From: Saccostrea echinata
Taxonomy: Eukaryota
NCBI RefSeq assembly: GCF_033153115.1
Contig: NW_026889779.1
Span: 10,230,001 to 10,294,000 of the forward strand
Direction: 5' to 3'
Length of the DNA stretch: 64,000 bases
Positions 34,501 through 51,192 of the stretch are shown piece after piece; the first letter of the stretch is position 1, and each line of letters begins with the position of its first letter. The translations under genes and the position numbers were made by a program. The notes beneath the pieces are model-generated. The model made no database searches and was not told where the DNA came from. It worked only from the letters and a program-made list of their open reading frames with translations.

Positions 34501-36901
34501 AACGTTTCAAAAATTGCAAATATTTGTAATATTTGAATACAATCACACAGTTAAATTGTTTTTTCATAATTTTCTGAACAAAACTTGGGGTAATTTATGG
34601 AAATTCTGAATGTCGGTTTTCAGTATATGGTCAAGAGACCTCTGGTCTAGTTCTCTCACCTTACAATCCTGAAGAAGGTAAGCAATGACAATACCCAAAT
34701 GTCCCTGTAAACATAAGATCAGATTATACATTTACTACATGTAATTCTTTGTCGATAAAAACCATTATAGTATAATCTGAAGTTACCGAGGCCCATGGGC
34801 CACAATGCTCACCTGAGTAACTTTGGCCCTACTGTTCCACCTTGTAATACGTATTGTGACCCCATCCTACCCCCAGGGGTCATGATTTGAACAAATTAGA
34901 ATCTAAACTACCTTAGGAATCTTTCATAAAAATTTCAACTTTTCTGGCCCAGTGGTTCTTGAGAAGAAGATTTTTAAAGATTTTCCTATATATTTCAATG
35001 TAAAACTGATTCTCTACTGTGGCCCCACCCTACCCCTGGGGGCCATGATTTGAACAATTTAGAATCTACCCTATCTCAGGAAGCTTCCACAAAATTTCAG
35101 CTTTTCTGTTCATGTTCTGTTCAGTGTTTATTGAGAAGATTTTTTAATAAACCCACCCTATTTTTTGTCTTATCTTGATATCTCCCTTTGTATGGGGGCT
35201 TGGCCCTTCATTTTCACAATTTACACTCCCCTTCACCCAAGGATGCTTTGTACTAACTTGGGTTAAAATTGGCCCAGTGGTTCTTGAGAAAAAGTTGAAA
35301 ATGTCAAAAATTTAGATGGAGGGACGACGGACAACCAGTGAACAGAAAAGTTCACTTGAGCTTTAAGCTCAGGTGAGTTAATAACTTCACACTAGTATGT
35401 ACAGAAGGTTGCATAATGCATATTGATCTTCTACAAATATATACTTTTCCACTGGGTCATAATTTGCAGAATCAAAATTTTTGTTCCATCCACAGACAGA
35501 AAATTACAAGGATTTTTTAAGATTGCCTCTATATGTCTTTTAAAACGTACTTTAAGTATGCTGGGACAAATTTCTGCAGAAAATTTGTGACCGCTTACAC
35601 AGCGTAACTTAATACCACGCAGAAAAGTACCTCCATCTCCATTATCAGTAAGAATGGAGGATTTTGCCTTTTTGCCTTTTTGGTGTGAGAAGATTCATCT
35701 GGTGCAGAAGTCCAGAAGAAGTCAACATTTTTATAGTCTTGGAAAAATATGATCCCCCTTCCTAAGGTCCCATATTCTACATCTCCTTACCCCTCCGCTA
35801 CAGAAGTCCACTATGACATCACCAGGTCTGTGAATCTCCAGGACAGCAGTGACCAGATTCTCCAACTGTTGACATTTCCTCTGACGACGCTTCTTTGGAA
35901 GGTCTTCAAAACAAATCACATTTCAATACTTCACCTCAAATTATTTTAGTTTTTCTGACTCGAGTTTCTCAAGAGTTTATTATTTTTCATTGTTAAGTTA
36001 TGAAAAATAAGACTAGTAAAATTTTATCCTGTTCAATCACAGTGAACAGCTTTAAGTTGAACTTAAAATCAATATTGTGGGATTTTTTTTCTGGCCATAA
36101 AGTATCTTTGTTTTATGTATAAAACTAAAATAACAAATGGTAACAATCAAATAGTGTCCATAAACTGTTTAAAGAAATATTCATATTAGGTGCTTTAATA
36201 ATCAGAGTTATCTGAACATGAATGTTATTTATGAGTATTTTACTAGGAATAGCAACTATAAGCATTATTATAAATAATCCAACAAGGAACTATTATCGTC
36301 TTTGATCTTTTTTTACACAGTTTTTACTGATAGTCACCTCTTCCCGGATCTACTCGAACAGGAAATCCCTCCCAGTCCAGCTGTACTTGGTCACCTCTAG
36401 GGTGCGAGCCTAATTCCTCCTCTATATTTCCACACTACAGGAAATTATCAATCTTCCTTTGTTAAGTACATATTAGATTTTATAAATTCTGCAGCTATAT
36501 AAAAACATGCAATTTAAGATACTTTTTTAGTTCTAGAATTGTACATGTATATGATGGTAAACGGAAATGAAATTATATGTTCAAAACATTAACAAGGTTT
36601 TTATATGTTTATATTAATTACCAGGTACATTAACTTTTTCCACTACAAACCCCCATAGCAAATGTAAACTGACTATGTCAGATATGACCCATAATTAAGG
36701 AACAAAACATGTTTTATGTAATCATAAAATATAAACGCTACCTTGATTTTGTTGAGTGCCTTTGTAATATCTGGTTTGATTGCTCTGTATTTTCCTCTTA
36801 GTCTTCGACTGTAGTATATAAACACAAATAAACACAAATAACACCATTTAAAACAGGCAAATAACACAAATTAAAGGCATAAATTTTACTTCATCAGAAT
36901 G

Positions 36902-36939
<38 letters not shown>

Positions 36940-38919
36940 TAACTTTGGCCATGCTGTTCTTTACCAGATTTCCCCCTTTTATAATATACCTATTGTGGCC
37001 CCGCCCTACCACCGGGGGTCAAAATTTGAACAATTTAGAATCTACACTACCTCAGGATGCATCCAAATATGTCTCAGCTTTATTGGTCCAGTGGTTCTTG
37101 AAAAGAAGATTTTTAAAGATTTTTCTTTAAGTTATATATTTCAATGTAAAACTTGGATTCCCTATTGTGTCCCGCCCTACCTTCCGGAGTCAAGATTTGA
37201 ACAATTTAGAATCTACACTACCCCAGGATGCTTCCATATAAGTTTAAGCTTTTCTGGCCCAGTGGTTCTTGAGAAGAAGATTTTTTAAAGATTTTTCCTA
37301 TATATTTCAATGTAAAACTTGGATTCCCTATTGTGGCCCCGCCCTACCCCCAGGGGTCATGATTTGTACAATTTAGAATCTACACTACCCAAGGATGCTT
37401 CCATATAAGTTTCAGCTTTTCTGGCCCAGTGGTTCTTGAGAAGAAGATTTGTAAAGATTTTTCCTATATATTTCAATGTAAAACTTGGATTCCCTACTGT
37501 GGCCCTGCCCTACCCCCGGGGGTCATGATTTGAGCAGTTTAGAATCTACACTACCCCAGGATGCTTCCATATAAGTTTCAGTTTTTCTGGCCCAGTGGTT
37601 CTTGAGAAGAAGATTTTTAAAGATTTTTCCTATATATTTCAATGTAAAACTTGGATTCCCTACTGTGGCCCCGCCCTACCCCCGAGGATCATGATTTGAA
37701 CAATTTAGATTCTACACTACCCCAGGATGCTTTATATAAGTTTCAGTGTTTCTGGCCCAGTGGATCTTGAGAAGAAGATTTGTAAAGATTTTTCCTATAT
37801 ATTTCAATGTAAAACTTGGATTCCCTATTGTGGCCCTGCCCTACCCCCAGGGGTCATGATTTGAACAGTTTAGAATCTACACTACCCCAGGATGCTTCCA
37901 TATAAGTTTCAGTTTTTCTGGCCCAGTGGTTCTTGAGAAGAAGATTTTTTAATATTTTTCCTATATATTTCAATGTAAAACTTGGATTCCCTATTGTGCC
38001 CCCGCCCTACCCCCAGGGGTCATGATTTGAACAATTTAGAATCTACACTATCCCAGGATGCTTCCATATAAGTTTCAGTATTTCTGGCCCAGTGGTTCTT
38101 GAGAAGAAGATTTGTAAAGATTTTTCCTATATATTTCAATGTAAAACTTGGATTCCCTATTGTGGCCCCGCCCTACCCCCGGGGATCATGATTTGAACAA
38201 TTTAGATTCTACACTACCCCAGGATGCTTTATATAAGTTTTAGTGTTTCTGGCCCAGTGGTTCTTGAGAAGAAGATTTTTAAAAATTTTTCCTATATATT
38301 TCAATGTAAAACTTGGATTCCCTATTGTGGCCCTGCCCTACCCCCGGGGGTCATGATTTGAAGAATTTAGAATCTACACTACCCCAGGATGCTTCCATAT
38401 AAGTTTCAGCTTTTCTGGCCTTGTGGTTCTTGAGAAGAAGATTTTTAAAGATTTTTCTTATGTATTTCAATGTAAAACTTGGATTCCCTATTGTGGCCCC
38501 GCCCTACCCCCGGGGGTCATGATTTGAACAATTTAGAATCTACACTACCCCAGGATGCTTTCATATAAGTTTCAGTGTTTCTGGCCCAGTGGTTCTTGAG
38601 AAGAAGATTTTTAAAGATTTTTCTTATGTATTTCAATGTAAAACTTGGATTCCCTATTGTGGCCCCGCCCTACCCCCGGGGGTCATGATTTTAACAATTT
38701 AGAATCTACACTACCCCAGGATGCTTCCATATAAGTTTCAGTATTTCTGGCCCAGTGGTTCTTGAGAAGAAGATTTTTTAATGATCCCACCCTATTTTTG
38801 TCTTTTCTTGATTATCTCCCCTTGTAAGGGGACTTGGCCCTTTATTTTAACAATTTACACTCCCCTTCACCCAAGGATACTTTGTACCAAGTTTGGTTAA
38901 AATTGGTCCAGTGGTTCTT

Positions 38920-38953
<34 letters not shown>

Positions 38954-39028
38954 GGACGGACAGACGGACAGACGGACGGACGGATGGACGGACGGACAGA
39001 CGGACAGACGGACGGACGACGGACAATG

Positions 39029-39077
<49 letters not shown>

Positions 39078-42000
39078 GCATTGACTCTACATGTTTAAAC
39101 ATACATATATAATCAAAGAAATCAGTAAAATACAGCAATAAATACATGTACATTTTGTATATTACTACCAGCATACATCTTAAAATAATAACTGTATCTT
39201 GAAAATACGTAATTTGATTACCTCAATTCCATTTCATCATGGTCAGGAGGCTTTACCCAATCGGGTACGTAAAACCTGAGATCATTTTCTTGTCCAGAAT
39301 TGGAGATTCTGCTCAGATCAAATTGATTTTTTACTGCTGCACGTCTCACTTCAGGTAGAGTGGTCATGTGACTAAACCACTGAGATATACATGGCAGGTG
39401 CCCTTTGATCAACCTCATATCAAAGCCAATAGTTTGCTTAAAGTAAAAGCACAGAGCAATAATACACCTCAAAAAGTGATACATAATATTTCTATATATA
39501 AGGCTGAATATTTACACATTTAACCCTGTATTAATGTATTATGAAAGCTGGAATGTTTCTTTGGATTCATGAAATAACTGGAAGGCTCACCAACAAAAAG
39601 TAAATGTATGTGAACAGAATTAAATCTGCCACTGTGATGTCTGTGCCCTCAGAGTACAGATGAACAAAGTCAATCTCATGGATGGTTAGACCAGATACAA
39701 ACTTTGTAAGTTCTGTCAATGACATTTCACAAACATCTTCCACCGCATTGTCACTCTGGAGGTCTATCTCCCCAGTAGATAATTTATCTGAACTAAGACT
39801 TCCATTGCTAGATAATATCCCTGTGGTGTCAGATACCCCATTCAGTCCATTATCTACTGAAGTTTTACACTGCTGGATTGGTTTTCTTATTCTGAATCTA
39901 CTCTTACAATGTGAGTGAAAAATTTCTCTTGTGAACCTGAACTCCTTGGGATCTTTAATCTCCTGCAGTTCCTGTTTGATTTGACACAGTAGTGCCCTCT
40001 TTATTTTGTCATCATTGTGAACTGATGGTGGCTTCCTGAAATGCCATTCTAACTTCATCAAATCCTCTGGCAATGCCACATCACTTTTCTTGTCTGTATC
40101 TTTGTTTGAGATAACAACCCCCATTTTAGTATCACATTCATTCTCTCTTGATGCTATGTCTTCTATTGTTTCTTCATTTGCTTCTTTTTCTTTTGATCTG
40201 TTTTTGATGCAATAAAAGCAAGTGTAAGTATTCAATATTAAGATCAATAACCTATGTATGCAATAAATAGCTAATTTAATTCCATCAGCAATAGTTCCTT
40301 GCTACGCGTATTATTCTTGAAAGGTACATATAGCAAGGAAACTACAATCAATCTTTGTTAACTTGAACCAATTAAGAAAAAAAAAAGATCTATCCAAGGA
40401 TTCGAGATATTGAGAGTAAATTACTCATGGAAAAAGTGTTTTGGACTTCTACATATCCATGGCATTCAAGATATCAATGTTTGAGATACTGAAGTTCAGC
40501 TGTACATGTAATATAGAGGCACTCAAGTTATTGCCTGACTTAAAAGTGTTGACAGGCAAAAAAGATGGACTGTTGTGTATCTTGATTACTATTAATAAGG
40601 ATTCTGCACCTTAAATGAATGGCACTAGAAAAGGCTTCTATTCCTTCTAAAACTTAAATACCAGCACTAAAGTTACTATACAAAATAAATTCTCATTAAA
40701 TAAATCTTCTAGCACATCCAAACTGGGTATTTTTCATAAAAAATAAAAAAAAAATATAATAAAATCTACCTGATGTTGTGTAACAAATTTGTGATTGAAG
40801 AGGGAAGTTCAATTTCACACAGTTTGGTCCATCCTGATATCTATATACAGTTAAAAACAAAGAAAAATATATATTCAGATGTAAAATAAAATCATATATC
40901 AATCTGTAAATGAATAAAGAGAATAAAGTATTTACAGAATTTACAAATGTGTAATCGAGACAGTCATGTTTGTGCCTCTGAATGGATCTGAACCCAGGAC
41001 CTCTAGCATGCCAGTCCAGTGCCCCACCAATCTTGCTAAAAGGTTAACCCAATAGACAAAACTAGTACGATGCCATGTATCTTACACTACCACATTGTCC
41101 CCCTCTAAAGAATGTGATTTTCTCTTCTTTTATGGAGTGCCAGTGCCCATGGGCTAAAGATCTGAGGCAATCACTTTCACCCGCCAGAGAATATCCAGTG
41201 CTCTACTGGTGAGCTAAAGGGTTAACCCACTAGCCCAAGCTAACTGGATGCCACGTATCTTACATTACCACAAATGCAAGAAAAGTGCTTAGAATTTTTT
41301 GTTGGATGGCCAAAAATTCAATAGCATACTTGATTGTGATAGAATTCGGCCGAGCCGAACCAAGCCGGGTAAACCCTGGTACGCTCTTAGAATCAAGCGA
41401 ACAGGCTCATGTAAAGTAATAGAAATATTGTATTTCTATCGTAAAACATTATCTAGCATAGAAAAGGACTACACTTTTTGTAAATATGTTCATTTCACAA
41501 GCGTACCTCGATCAAAAGCATCACGTCTTAAAACAAACAACTTTCAACACTACTATCCCCAAGGACGCCATGTTGAAGCCGCCCTAGCCTATCAAATTTT
41601 TCCGGCTCAATTGGCTCACCCGGCTTGATGCATGCGCAATACCGGCTCAGAATCAAGTGTGTTGCCGGTCATTGCCGGTTTACCCGGGCGCGCCGGATGG
41701 TCAGAATTAAGTATGCTACAAATCAAGCAAGTTTATTGGTCTCTAGAGACAACTAAAAAGGGTTAGGAGGTGGTTAAAATATACGTTAGACATAGAATAT
41801 GTCTAGAAATTGGGAATGAAAGGTAGTTGATTGAACAATGCTGGAAAGTGGAGAAATACATCCCCAAAGTGCGCAGAAAATCTTGCCCCATAAATTGCAC
41901 CATATTTTCATTGTGGGATCTGTAGTGCTATGTTCAAAGACTAAAATATAAAACCATAGTGCTACAGTTCTGCAGCTACCTTTGACCTGATCTTTGATCA

Positions 42001-44006
42001 CCCATAAAGTCTGTTTCCCCTCAATCATCAACCTCCTATGTAGTAAATATGTCGCTTGAGAGCTACTTGGGTTATCATGTCACATAAAGTGCTGCTGGGT
42101 AGACAGACTAATGGACTGATGCAATTACTATAAAGCAACTACCCTAATTACACTGAACCTCTGAACAAGGAGATTTATTATCATTTTTCTCTTCAGTCAT
42201 TAGGGTGGTGTAACCTACCTCAGCACAAGCTTTAAGACTTCCACCTCTGAATCCCTGAAATACACAAGAATAAATTTTAATTATGACAGTTGGTATTTTT
42301 AAAAAGAATACAGCAAAACACACTTATAGCGAAAATGCTTTTAATGAAGTGATGCTTATAGTGTGATTTTCATTCCCTGTGATTTTAAAATATATTGTTA
42401 ATTAATTAATGAATATAACAAATTACACTTATAACGAAGCAAAATCGTCTGCCCCCGGCACTTCTTTATATGCGTGTTTTATAGTATTGCACTTTTTTCT
42501 CATATGAAATAATTGTAAGCAATAAAAAAATCTGAATTATTTGCAGTGACTAGTAATTGGAAGTGGTTTATCTATAATTTAGTAAACACTGGTATAAGAA
42601 TAAGTGAGCTTTATTAATGTATATACATGTACTAATATTTTAAATTTTGTATTGTATATGTGGTTAAATGACACAAACTTTTAAGAGTTTCAGACTATTA
42701 GTTTCTCTATCTAATTACCATGCCACGCTTCAAAAAGTGTCAGAAAAGAAACTTGATCCTGGCTTGTTAGCAGGCAAACTTACTGATGTGACCACTCATA
42801 AATTAACAATTAAAAATAAGGATCGCCACAATTCACTCCAGCTTCAAGAGCCTGACAAGTGGTAACACTTAATTCCTAACTAATCTATGTCAGCACTCCA
42901 GTATTATAGGTTACAATTACTTTGAATTAGTAATATTTAACTAAATAAACTCGGATCTTTTTTCTGAATTAATCTCAGTCTTGGAAGTGAAAATTCAGCA
43001 AGAGAACTAATATTGCTTTGACTAAATTATTGCTTTGACTAAATTTTAATTTACAAACAAATTCAAACATTTTATAGAAATTCTCTCTCTCTCTTTCTAT
43101 CTCTCTCTCTCTCTATATATATAATATAAATATATTAACAGTTGGCTACTAGTAATTTTTTCAAATATGTGCATGTTTCTTTTAAGTAATTTTTCAGATT
43201 TATGGTATGGATTAGACAACAAATATGTCATAAAATAATAATTATATGCAGGGGGGGGGGGGGGGTTGAAAAGCCCTGGGGTCAAAAATCATATCTTTGT
43301 GTGGTGTTTGGGGGGGGGGGGGGGTCCTGTCCTCAGGCACCTATGGTATATATGCAATAAAGAAAGCAAGTATTGTGAATACCCAAAAGTACCATAATTT
43401 TTTTCATTTACATATTTGACTTTGATATTAACAACTGCATGAATCAACCTAACCAGGACACCACCGAAAGCTTTTCTCAGGGTCTCTAACATACTTTGAT
43501 ATTAAATGCTATATTATAAGCTTTACCATGAGGTCAAATATTAAATACTATATGTATAAGCCTTACCAGGTCAAATATTATACACTACAAGTATAGACTT
43601 TACCAGAAGGTCAAATATTTATAAATACTACATGTATAAGCCTTACCAGTAGGTCACAGAGATCTTTCTCTGGGTTCTTAGCATGGCATTTCTTGATTAG
43701 ACAACGCAGAGTAGAACATAGCCCTGACCTAATAACAGGGTCATCACACACCACAGGGAGGTCACAGCAATGGGGGTATGAAGACTGGTCAATAAATCTG
43801 TGCTTTGTGGCCAAGAGGACGGCAAAGCTTACACTGACACACTTAGATTTCTCAGTTTTCTCATCTACAAACAGCAGTTCAAAGAGATCGCAATCACAGT
43901 AGTGGAGCAGGAAGAGAACAGCAGCTGATGGCAGTGGTAGTAGAATATGGGTACCAGATTCACTTCGACGTCCAGATATGTATACCAAAGTTCTTGCTGA
44001 ACTCAT
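31560..44006 (-). CDS. GSTCD: Glutathione S-transferase C-terminal domain-containing protein (with methyltransferase domain), 705 aa
   Basis: Exons 44006-43647, 42254-42219, 40840-40770, 40197-39591, 39436-39222, 36808-36742, 36434-36338, 35903-35791, 34704-34660, 33254-33165, 32282-32076, 31988-31925, 31705-31560 (2118 nt). Motifs: SGLCSTLR, LKACAEISGWTKLCE, RKCQQLENL, IVDFCSGGGHLG, LHACGVATDMV, CPCCYG, CTPKNNLLIG. Confidence 0.95.
32320..32862. mobile_element. MULE-like MITE, 543 bp, ~90-bp TIRs, 10-bp TSD
   Basis: Ends caatctaattaaaattggatg and catctaattttaattagattg; flanks aaatattatc / aaatattatt. Confidence 0.85.
33654..33788. repeat. Long hairpin (~60-bp arms) heading a palindromic element
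   Basis: aatttttgagaattcatgagg...cgcttcacgcc pairs with ggcgtgaagcg...cctcatgaattctcaaaaatt. Confidence 0.8.
34788..35380 (-). mobile_element. Cg_HINE-like element with ~2 Cg170-type monomers
   Basis: gaggcccatgggccacaatgctcacctgag at one end and cacttgagctttaagctcaggtgagtta at the other; same monomer as 36904-39074. Confidence 0.8.
36904..39074 (-). mobile_element. Complete Cg_HINE-like element with ~11 tandem 166-bp Cg170/HindIII-type satellite monomers
   Basis: Palindrome ggcccatgggcc plus gctcacctgag subterminal repeat. Highly homogeneous 166-bp units (ttgagaagaagat at 37269, 37436, 37602...). (GACG/GACA)n at ~38950-39025. Terminal IR agctcacttgagctttcagctcaggtgagct. Confidence 0.9.
41322..41718. 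mobile_element. MITE with short TIRs
   Basis: tagcatacttgattgtga at the left end, tcagaattaagtatgcta at the right; internal ccgggtaaacc / ggtttacccgg inversion. Confidence 0.65.
43495..43656 (-). repeat. ~40-bp tandem repeat (4 units) containing the donor of the first GSTCD coding exon
   Basis: On the + strand c(c/t)ttacc...ggtca recurs at ~43521, 43561, 43598 and 43641; the last is the real donor. Confidence 0.8.
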
Positions 44007-45650
44007 CTCATCTACAATGTTAAATTAGTTGCAACATCAAATTTATCAATACAGAAAATAAAGAGACATTAATGTTTAATCCATTGAAAATTTTCTTCAC
44101 TTCAAAAGTATCACTAAATATACATGTATCTGAATACTTGTCTGAATATATTAAATATACTTTAAGTGAGTAGGCTTTATAAGGTTTATGATTAATAGGG
44201 GATAAAAATAACCCAGTAAAAATATAACCAAAGTATCACATATTACTTAAACATTTGGATGGGGGTTAAAGGATTAATGAGGAATATACATACAATGTAT
44301 GTATATAATCTATAACCATGACCACCAACCTAGAACTTTGGCTCAAGGACACTGGTTGAATATGACCTAAACTCAGCCAAGGGGAGAGAAAATATGCTCC
44401 AAACAAGGATTTTACACTGAGAGATTTTTCAGCCTTGCCTTTTGATTTAAAAAATTAGTTACAGGTCATAGCACACCCACTACCCATTGGCATTTTATGA
44501 ATGAAATATGAGCCCAACTTAGCTAAAGGGAGAGAAAATATGCTCCAAACACGGATTTTAAACAAAGAGGTTTTTCAACCTTTACCATTGATTGGAAAAT
44601 TGGTTCAAGATCACTGCACATCCCTTACCCACAGCTACTCTACGGGTGAAGTTTTAAATGTCTGGACCATGGGGAGAGATAACATACTCCATACATGAAG
44701 ATGCAGTGAAAAGAACCATCAAATAATCAAAAAAACACCTTTTTGAGGTTGTGGATACCTTACGCTCAAAAAATTAATCCATATAGTGGGAGAATTTAAT
44801 ATTTATTTCTGAACGTTTTTTATTCACTTCAAATTTACATGCCATGTTGACATTCGGAACTCCACATTGTTCATAGTACATGCACTGAGTGAGAATTATC
44901 ACCCATGTTTGTTTTGCTAAATAGCCAATACACGGAATGCATTCTATTGTTAAACCAGTCTGTAGGACATTATTATTTTTAAAAATGATAGAGAATATTC
45001 TATCTAATATATTAGTGCCAATATTCATCAATACAAGTTCAATAACCCTATAAAATATAACAGGGCACCATTTTGGTCAAGATGTCTTTTAGAGCACTGT
45101 TTTGCTCTGGATCAAGCTTTGTACCTTTGAAAAGGTTCTAAAACAAAGATTATTTCATAAAGCTACCATCCCAATGGAGTCAAAATACCAAAAAAAAAAA
45201 AACCCACCCACTTCGCCACTACAGGAAAAACTCTAACACCTTAACAGCTTTTAGTACTGATGTTACCAAGCAGATGACTTTTCTCTGTTCGCTATGGCAT
45301 ATCGGTGATACACCACAGTAATTTTTTTACCCTGTGCCGAGTTCCCATTCTTTTATTTTATTTTAATACTCTATCTTTTGTTGTTTTTTATACAAAGTTT
45401 AACCAAAAAAGAAATATCAATAATATATAAAGTCATTAGACAACCCAACTCTCTACATATTGTGCAAAAGTACAAAGCGAAAGTAGGGATCAATGGACTA
45501 TATATTTCATAGTCTCGAATTTCCTCAGATTAATGTTTATAAAAATACTTTAATCTTGCTATAAACTACTTAATTTTTGTTATGTTCTAACACTTTCTGC
45601 TATTAAATGACATCTAGATGAATTCAATTCAAATAGAAATCAGCGCTTAC

Positions 45651-46160
45651 AAATATTTCCAAGATTCTTTTAATTATGCCATGTGTTTTCTCAGTACATT
45701 TTCCCGGTTAATAGGTCAGGTTGCGTGTGCCGTCACTCCGTCGCCAGTGCCCTGACGTCACAGCATCAAAGCGCAGGCGCTTTTCATTCATAAATAACCT
45801 ACCGATTCAACAAAATAATTCCATCCAAGTTACCAAGATATATAAAACAGCACTAAAATAATGCATACTTGCTAAATATTGAAATTTAAAAAATGGCAGT
45901 TGATACTTCAAAATACCATCTATTTCATAAATATCTAATATATTACAAATTTATTAAACTGAATAGGAAGTGTCCTTTCTTCCGGAAAGCGTAGGAATTC
46001 TATGTTCTAAGTTGGTAATTCGGTTGCTCGTCGTTCTGTCGCCTAATCACAATACCGTTAATTTTCATCGTCTAATCGGATAGTAGATTGATGGAAAGTA
46101 ACAATTATCCGTTAATTATTTACAAGGATCTTTGAGAAGATTTTGATATCGATCCAAGAG
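45651..46160. promoter_or_regulatory. Putative bidirectional promoter of GSTCD and SMAD1/5 with non-coding first exons
   Basis: Minus-strand donor (gtaagc at 45650-45645) and plus-strand donor (gtaaag at 46161) flank a CpG-richer core. The core has a CRE TGACGTCA (45753-45760), an NRF1-like GCGCAGGCGC (45771-45780) and an ETS-like CCGGAA (45982-45987). Confidence 0.55.
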
Positions 46161-46721
46161 GTAAAGGTCAAGATGTTTTTGTTTTAGGGAAGAATGCCCC
46201 TGAGCATCCAAGTTGTGTCCATGTTTTTGTTTTGTTATACATGCACCCATGTATCATGACCATGCACAATTTTCATTGGTCAAGCAAATGAATTAATTAA
46301 TCAAATTAACTGTTTAAGCTTTTTTTTTTAATTTTGTATGTTGACATATTTTACAAGGATGTGATGGCCTCATTATTTTAGTTTTCTTTGGTTTTAATGC
46401 TATATTTTATACAAGTTATGACCTAATTAAAAACCATATTGTTATAATAGTTTAGGAGTGCCAAGTAAGGTTACTCATAACCTAAGGTGTTCATAATACA
46501 ACTGAATTGAACACTCCCAGTTCCCACAGTAAAAGTCTATATATTTGAGACTTCAGAGTAAAAAAAAAATAGTATAACTGTATAATAAAGGTTAACTTTC
46601 ATTTTTAAAACATTTATCTTAGAATATATAATTATTAGGCCATTTTTAGGACTTTGGTTCTATGTTAATCATTTCACATTAGCATTTTATGATAATTTTT
46701 ATTTTTTGTTCTCTTTTGTAG

Positions 46722-51192
<4,471 letters not shown>

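Noticed and set aside
36899-38800. Regular repeat array as a CRISPR locus, or ORF 36899-37288 as a gene
   Set aside because: Head-to-tail 166-bp monomers with no unique spacers, in a eukaryotic intron; the ORF is translated satellite.
40965-41270. tRNA-like segments on the minus strand as tRNA genes
   Set aside because: Degenerate and duplicated, with no convincing cloverleaf; more likely decayed SINE heads.
41299-41628. 109-aa ORF as a transposase
   Set aside because: Lies inside a 400-bp MITE; too short and no DDE or DNA-binding motifs.
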